NCBI GenBank assembly: GCA_036339735.1
Contig: JAYZAL010000041.1
Coordinates: 27,680-91,679, forward strand
Length of the DNA: 64,000 bases
Direction of reading: 5' to 3'
DNA from: Candidatus Poribacteria bacterium
Lineage (GTDB): Bacteria > Poribacteria > WGA-4E > UBA9662
The notes beneath the pieces were generated by a model. That model made no database searches. It had not been told where the DNA came from and saw nothing but the letters and a program-made list of their open reading frames with translations. A program made the position numbers and the translations under genes. This document shows positions 58,526 through 64,000 of the stretch, in pieces. Each line of letters begins with the position of its first letter. Position 1 is the first letter of the stretch.

Positions 58526-59971
58526 CTATTGAAATCTACCCTCATACAAGCTTTTGAATATCAGAGGAGCATCTAAGTTTACATAGTTAGGTCGTTTTTC
58601 GATTAACCTTAGAAAGGCATTCTTGTCGTTTCCCATAAAAGCTATCATAGTTTCGATATTGTGCTTATTCAGCGTATCGAATTCAGTTAAGTCGTCTTCC
58701 ATGGTATATTCAATTATTGATGGCGAAAAGTTATCCAAAATATCTTCAAGAGTTTTAAAGTCTTTCCTCCTAAGCATAATTTTTGCTTCAGGAAATCTGG
58801 TTGCTAGCCGTTCTATGATTTTCTTATCTCCCGACCAGAAGAAACACTTCTTTTGCAGACTATATTCGCAGACCTTATTCCAAACCCTTTCCGGGTCAGC
58901 GTTTTTGATTTCAATGTAAATTTTCCCGTTGTAAAAATTGACAATTTCTAAAATATCGTCAAGCTTTGGGATTTGTAACCCTGTAAAAAAATCACTAAAC
59001 CAACTCCCTGCATCAATTTCCTTCAGTTCCGAAGAACATATATCAGAGACCTTTCCTAATTTGTTGGTCGTTCTATCTAATGTACTATCATGAATAATGA
59101 CTAATTTCTCGTCTTTTGTTTCACGAACATCGACTTCTACATGTGAAAATCCTGCGGCAAATGTCAAGTGTGTGGAGGGTATAGTATTTTCAGGTGCAAT
59201 GTTGTTGACACCTCTATGGCACACTACTTTAACAGGCCATTCGTCATCCGTTTTAAAAAATGGCTTGACCAACTCAGGCTTATTAGAGCAAATACCAAAT
59301 ACTGGTTTCTCACGCAAAAAAGACATACGTGCAGGGTTTTCTTCATGCCATAGAACAACTTTTTTATTTTCTTTCTCACATCGATCAAAAAATTTTTTAT
59401 CTAAAAACTTTTCTGGACTTTCTAACTTTTCCCAACATAAATGTATAATCTCGGCATCTTGACTATAAGAAAAAGGATCAGTATTCACTGGAACCAATAT
59501 GGCTGTTGGGTAACTGTGTTCAATAGTATTAATTCTTTTAATTAAATCTCGGTTAAAGGACGATAGTATAGATCGTTTAATTTTGTGCTTTTTTAACAAG
59601 AAAATAATTTGATCCACTGCAGCTTCAGATTTTATATCTGCATAAATACCAATATTCTCTTTTTTTGCTATTTTTACTATTTCTGAAAATAGCGGAACTC
59701 GGTTTGAACAATACTTTTTCTTGATTTCATCATATTTTAAATCACGAATTAATTCGCCATCTCCTAGATGCTCATCGTGATATGCAATGACCTGTTTATC
59801 AAAAGTGAATTGCAAATCAATTTCCCAAAAATCCGCACCTAATTTTTGAGCCAAAACAAAGGAATTTACTGAATTTGCAAATTCATAATCACTTGCACCT
59901 CTGTGTGCAATCGAATAAGGAGTCTCAGGATGTAACCAATCATCATTATTTGTATTTTTCGTATTCATCAA
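58526..59971 (-). CDS. Glycerophosphodiester phosphodiesterase with two tandem GDPD domains
   Basis: Domain 1: IAHRGA..NS..EID..HD..DIK. Domain 2: CHRG..PENT..EVDV..HD..LDRTT..EIK. GGAGG RBS. Confidence 0.9.
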   Translation of the reverse strand: MMNTKNTNNDDWLHPETPYSIAHRGASDYEFANSVNSFVLAQKLGADFWEIDLQFTFDKQVIAYHDEHLGDGELIRDLKYDEIKKKYCSNRVPLFSEIVKIAKKENIGIYADIKSEAAVDQIIFLLKKHKIKRSILSSFNRDLIKRINTIEHSYPTAILVPVNTDPFSYSQDAEIIHLCWEKLESPEKFLDKKFFDRCEKENKKVVLWHEENPARMSFLREKPVFGICSNKPELVKPFFKTDDEWPVKVVCHRGVNNIAPENTIPSTHLTFAAGFSHVEVDVRETKDEKLVIIHDSTLDRTTNKLGKVSDICSSELKEIDAGSWFSDFFTGLQIPKLDDILEIVNFYNGKIYIEIKNADPERVWNKVCEYSLQKKCFFWSGDKKIIERLATRFPEAKIMLRRKDFKTLEDILDNFSPSIIEYTMEDDLTEFDTLNKHNIETMIAFMGNDKNAFLRLIEKRPNYVNLDAPLIFKSLYEGRFQ

Positions 59972-60364
59972 CTAATACCCTCCAATATTTTTAGGTGTAA
60001 TTTAACTAGACTGATACTGTAACTAATAGCCGCTATGTAACTCCATCTAAACCAACTATAAATATGGTAGTCAGTCGATAAACTCACATTCTTAGGACAC
60101 CGTCGAAATTACCACTACGCTCATTTCTAAATTACACGAAGACGATATACAAACGGTTATCCTACTCTAGTTAGGTATCAGCTAGAAACAATAAACAGCA
60201 GCTGTATATTAGTGAATAAGATACTATGAAACCAGAAGTTATATTTTATAACGGACAAGAACAAAGAATACCACTTACAAATAACTTGAGGTTTGCACTA
60301 TATTACCTTAGCATAGCAGTATTTATTTTTAATAACTTATCTATCCTTAAACGATACTAGACCA

Positions 60365-62293
60365 GTGAAAATTTCAAGTGCTAATCAAAGATCAGGCATA
60401 ACTTATAAGTCAATTTTGACTACTATTTTCCTGATACCTTTCAGTTTTTATTGGATTATTGCCGGGGAAATCGGACTTGTTGGTTATGCTCTTAATACTT
60501 ACGCAGTGCCCTTTTATAATGTTATTTTTACTGTATTTATCCTGCTAGTATTGAATCTTGTCTACAAGAAAATTTTCGAATGCTTCTACTTTTCCGCTCA
60601 AGAACTTCTGGCGATCTACATTCTTCTGAGTGTTTCCTGTGCTTTACCATCAATAACGCTAATGACGATTCTGATTACTACGCTTGGACATGCATTTTGG
60701 TTTGACACTCCAGAAAACGAGTGGCGTATCCTGTTTTGGGATTCTTTACCCCCCTGGCTAACAGTACAAGATAGGTCAATTCTTTCAGGATATTATTTGG
60801 GAGAATCAACTATCTACAGAACCTCACACTTTTTAGGATGGTTACGCCCAGCTCTTTTCTGGTCAGGGTTTATGGTTTTGTTGATGGGGATGATGCTTTT
60901 CCTTAACATCCTATTACGCAAGCAATGGATAGAGCGAGAACGACTCACATATCCGATAGCCCAATTACCTTTTCAATTACTTAGCCAAACCCAAACCTTA
61001 ACTTCTAACTCTTTTTTCCGGGTAGGCGCATTAATCTCAATATCTATTTGTCTGCTGAACGGATTGCATTTTCTTCTTCCGAGTCTGCCAGAGATTCCAG
61101 TCAAGCGACTTGGTGGGTGGAAAGGCTTAGGTCATATATTTACCGAGAAACCATGGAGCGCTATTGGTCGTATTAGTGTCTCATTTTATCCTTTTGTAAT
61201 TGGACTAGGGTTTTTAATGCCTATTGACTTGTTGTTCTCCAGTTGGTTTTTCTTTTTGTTTTACAAAACTGAGCTAGTTATTTCTAGTTTGCTCGGATTG
61301 TCGAAAATACCAGGATTTCCCTATGTAGATCAACAGTGTTTTGGGGCAACCTTAGGTTTATTCTTATCTTTGATGATACTGGGTTGGCAGCATTTCCAAT
61401 CAGTTGTTGATCAACTAAAAGAAATAAACAACTCAAAAGAGTCAAAACTATATCAGGTTGCTACGTTAGGTTTGATCCTTTGCTTTTTCGGGATTTGCTT
61501 CTTCTCCATTCAGATTGGTATGAGGCTTTGGCTAATACCAATTTTCTTTGGACTCTACTTTGTGACGGTAATAGTTTTGACACGGATTCGGGCTGAGTTA
61601 GGTTTCCCCGCCCATGCAATGGAGCATATTCAAATCGATCGATTACTTATTGGGTGTTTTGGTAGTCAGGGGTTGGGAAAGCCCAACTTAGTTGCCTTAA
61701 CTCTATATCGCTGGTTTATCCGTAGTTACTCGAGCCACCCAATGCCGCACCAGTTAGAAGGTTTTAAGATAGTTACACCTTCTACTCGCCAGCATTTATA
61801 TATGGCATTAGTCGGATTTTCAATATTATCTGCGGTATCAGTCTTTTGGGTTATGCTCCACCTCTATTACCAGCATGGTGCTGTGAATTTCGGTGGTAGT
61901 GGTTGGAGTATGCAATTTGGAAGCAGAGTATTTGGTGAGCTGCAGAGGTGGTTAACTCTTCCAATTCCAGCCAATCCTCTACCATTGATTGGTATTGTTT
62001 TTGGGTTTGGATTTTCCCTATCTTTGATGTGGATGCGAACACGTTTTCTTTGGTTCCCACTGCACCCAGTTGGTTTCCTGATTTCTAGCGACTGGGGGAT
62101 GGCTTATTTATGGACTTGCATGTTGTTATGTTGGGTGATTAAGCTTACTGTACTCAAAGTTTTTGGCTTAAAAGGAGTATTGAAACTACGTTATTTTTCT
62201 TTTGGCCTAATTTTAGGTGATTTTATCACTGGTGGTCTATGGAGCTTTATCAGTATTATTTTTCAAAGGCAAATGTATAATTTCTGGCCTTAG
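60365..62293 (+). CDS. DUF6785/DUF6784-like multi-pass membrane protein (putative transporter)
   Basis: Many TM helices; ELL.IY, LRKQWIERERLTYPI.QLP, FYPFVIGLGF, RIRAELG, PMPHQLEGFK, WFPLHPVG, GLILGD; family recognised from memory. Confidence 0.75.
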   Translation: MKISSANQRSGITYKSILTTIFLIPFSFYWIIAGEIGLVGYALNTYAVPFYNVIFTVFILLVLNLVYKKIFECFYFSAQELLAIYILLSVSCALPSITLMTILITTLGHAFWFDTPENEWRILFWDSLPPWLTVQDRSILSGYYLGESTIYRTSHFLGWLRPALFWSGFMVLLMGMMLFLNILLRKQWIERERLTYPIAQLPFQLLSQTQTLTSNSFFRVGALISISICLLNGLHFLLPSLPEIPVKRLGGWKGLGHIFTEKPWSAIGRISVSFYPFVIGLGFLMPIDLLFSSWFFFLFYKTELVISSLLGLSKIPGFPYVDQQCFGATLGLFLSLMILGWQHFQSVVDQLKEINNSKESKLYQVATLGLILCFFGICFFSIQIGMRLWLIPIFFGLYFVTVIVLTRIRAELGFPAHAMEHIQIDRLLIGCFGSQGLGKPNLVALTLYRWFIRSYSSHPMPHQLEGFKIVTPSTRQHLYMALVGFSILSAVSVFWVMLHLYYQHGAVNFGGSGWSMQFGSRVFGELQRWLTLPIPANPLPLIGIVFGFGFSLSLMWMRTRFLWFPLHPVGFLISSDWGMAYLWTCMLLCWVIKLTVLKVFGLKGVLKLRYFSFGLILGDFITGGLWSFISIIFQRQMYNFWP

Positions 62294-62739
62294 ACGAGGT
62301 AAACGGTTGCTTATTCAAAAACTACCTCATTATCTTAGATTAGTTTTCAATACTTCTGTAGAAATACTATTTGTCATCTTTCAGATGAAAAATGGAAGCT
62401 TTTAAGTCTTGACGTACTTAAGTGAACTTGGTAGTTTCAAAGTCTAGCCAGATTAGAAGCGAAGTGTCGTATTATCGTATGCTCACAATTTGGGTTGATG
62501 AATGGATTAGAAATCGCACCCAAATTCAGGGGAATAATGATTATATTCGTTGCTAACTCACTGGGAATACCTTCAAAAAAATATGGTATTAATCACTAAT
62601 CAAGATTTTACAACTCTTCTCGTTATTAACGATATCTTTCTAAGAAAAATAGAAAATTCATTTTGAATGAGGCCACGGTTATTGATTCATTCTTGAAATT
62701 GTATCGGGTAAAGTCATAGGATATTTAAGGAGCCAAATT

Positions 62740-63633
62740 TTGCCAGACAATATATTGACTTCTCTACAGGTTGAACAGTTTTTGAATTTAGGTTACGTCA
62801 AAATAGAAAATTGTTTTGATAGGTCTAGTGCCCAAGACTGGATAGATTTAGCTTTTAGTCGTCTTGGTTACATAGCTGATGACCCGTTGACTTGGTCTGA
62901 AGCCAAGGTTCATTTACCTTCAATGAATAAAGTTGAAGTTCCCGATTTTGCCCCCAAAGCTTGGCAAGCCATATGCGAATTGATGGGGGGTGCACAAAGG
63001 ATTAAGAGACCTGTGCACTGGGGTGATAGTTTCATAATTAATTTCCGTTTAGGAGCTGATCAGAAATGGCAACCCCCATCCCCAAAAGTTAGCGGTTGGC
63101 ACAAAGATGGAGACTGGTTTCGGCACTTTCTGGATAGCCCAGAACAAGGTTTATTGACAATTATCTTATGGGATGATGTACAACCGAAAAGTGGGGGAAC
63201 TTACATCGCAACTGACTCAATTGGCCCTGTTGCTAAATATCTTTTGCAGTACCCACAGGGAGTCACACCACAACAAGCCAAATTTGGTCAATTAATTCAA
63301 CAATGCCAAAAATTTGAGGAAGTAACAGGACGAGCTGGAGATGTATTTCTACTCCATCCTTATATCCTACACTCCGCATCACAAAACCCATCTGGTCGTC
63401 CTAGAATCATCACTAACCCGGCAGTCTCTTTTCAACATCCAATGGACTTCAATCGGTCTGATCCCGGTGATTATAGTTTGGTTGAAAGATCGGTTTTACA
63501 TGCCTTAAAAGTTAATCATTTAAATTTTAAAATTACACGAGTACGAGAACTCATCACCCCTGAGCGAGTTCATCGTCAACGTAAGATGATGGAGACACAA
63601 AGGAACCGTTTAGCTACAAATCAGACTAAGTAG
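62740..63633 (+). CDS. Phytanoyl-CoA dioxygenase (PhyH)-family protein
   Basis: LT..QVEQF...GYV, GWHKDG (HxD), LDSPEQGLL, GGT, AGDV.LLHP..LHSAS.N, R; AGGAG RBS before the TTG start. Confidence 0.85.
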   Translation: MPDNILTSLQVEQFLNLGYVKIENCFDRSSAQDWIDLAFSRLGYIADDPLTWSEAKVHLPSMNKVEVPDFAPKAWQAICELMGGAQRIKRPVHWGDSFIINFRLGADQKWQPPSPKVSGWHKDGDWFRHFLDSPEQGLLTIILWDDVQPKSGGTYIATDSIGPVAKYLLQYPQGVTPQQAKFGQLIQQCQKFEEVTGRAGDVFLLHPYILHSASQNPSGRPRIITNPAVSFQHPMDFNRSDPGDYSLVERSVLHALKVNHLNFKITRVRELITPERVHRQRKMMETQRNRLATNQTK

Positions 63634-64000
63634 GATGAAAACTTCTATTACAGCTTGTTTTGTCTCAGGTAGTAACGTTTATGTTTATACAGATGGTGAA
63701 ATCTTTATCAAAAAAGTCTTTCAAGTCTCTGGTAAAAGAAAAAACGAATTAAAAAAAGATTGTTATGCCCTTTTATAGAGATTTCTTTCTGTTTCGAATA
63801 GGGGTTCCTTTATTCTGTGTTATTTACGGGCTAAAACTCAGGCCAAAGAAATGAGGCTGAACGCTATTGGGCGGGGTTCCTTCGTTCTTCAGGTAGAGGT
63901 GCCTCTACCCTGCAGTCCGTGCGGGGTGGGTAAGTGGCCAGTTAGGCCTGGCTGAAGGGTTCTTCATGGGGAGTTTTTCGGCGTTTTGTATAGAGCTGTC

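Noticed and set aside
404-62405. Numerous 60-130-aa ORFs overlapping longer genes (e.g. 8931-9314, 13498-13842, 41668-42069, 47687-48037, 59097-59462)
   Set aside because: Antisense or out-of-frame shadows of well-supported CDSs, with no recognisable motifs
63919-64000. Group II intron 5' end (GTGCG)
   Set aside because: Only a 5-mer match; no domain V or reverse transcriptase sequence in the window
1-64000. CRISPR array, rRNA or tRNA genes, transposases
   Set aside because: No regularly spaced repeats, RNA-gene signatures or transposase motifs found by eye

Overview
Bacterial chromosomal window of roughly 40% GC with no rRNA, tRNA, CRISPR array or intact mobile element that I can support. 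The gene content points to Candidatus Poribacteria (inference): two exported proteins ending in a 'DKLxxxWSxIKR' tail, two PhyH-family dioxygenases, ASPIC/UnbV and HEAT-repeat proteins, sulfatases and a DUF6785/6784-like membrane protein. Layout: (1) 1-24.7 kb, mostly minus strand: sigma-54 response regulator, beta-propeller protein, msrA, ASPIC/UnbV, ftsY, smc, a 1.3k-aa HEAT lipoprotein, fused glyQS, metallopeptidase, yvcK and a phosphohexomutase. (2) 25-41 kb, an accessory catabolic patch: NAGPA-like enzyme, CBM9-like protein, phnW, thyX, enolase-superfamily enzyme, PhyH, GH101-like, two sulfatases, sbcD, GH2. (3) 41-53 kb: aroC divergent from yggS-proC-yggT-[ileS-like]-lspA-hyp-def-fmt-PASTA-rpe-rsmE-mtaB. 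(4) 53-64 kb, mixed accessory genes. The strongest observation is the gene in the canonical ileS slot (44404-46608). It is an intact 734-aa ORF colinear with IleRS that has lost essentially all aminoacylation motifs (HIGH, WDCHG, DWCISRQ, GxDQ, KMSKS) but keeps all four Zn-binding CxxC motifs, which makes it a candidate pseudo-synthetase with a new function. All family calls come from motif recognition by eye; no searches were run.
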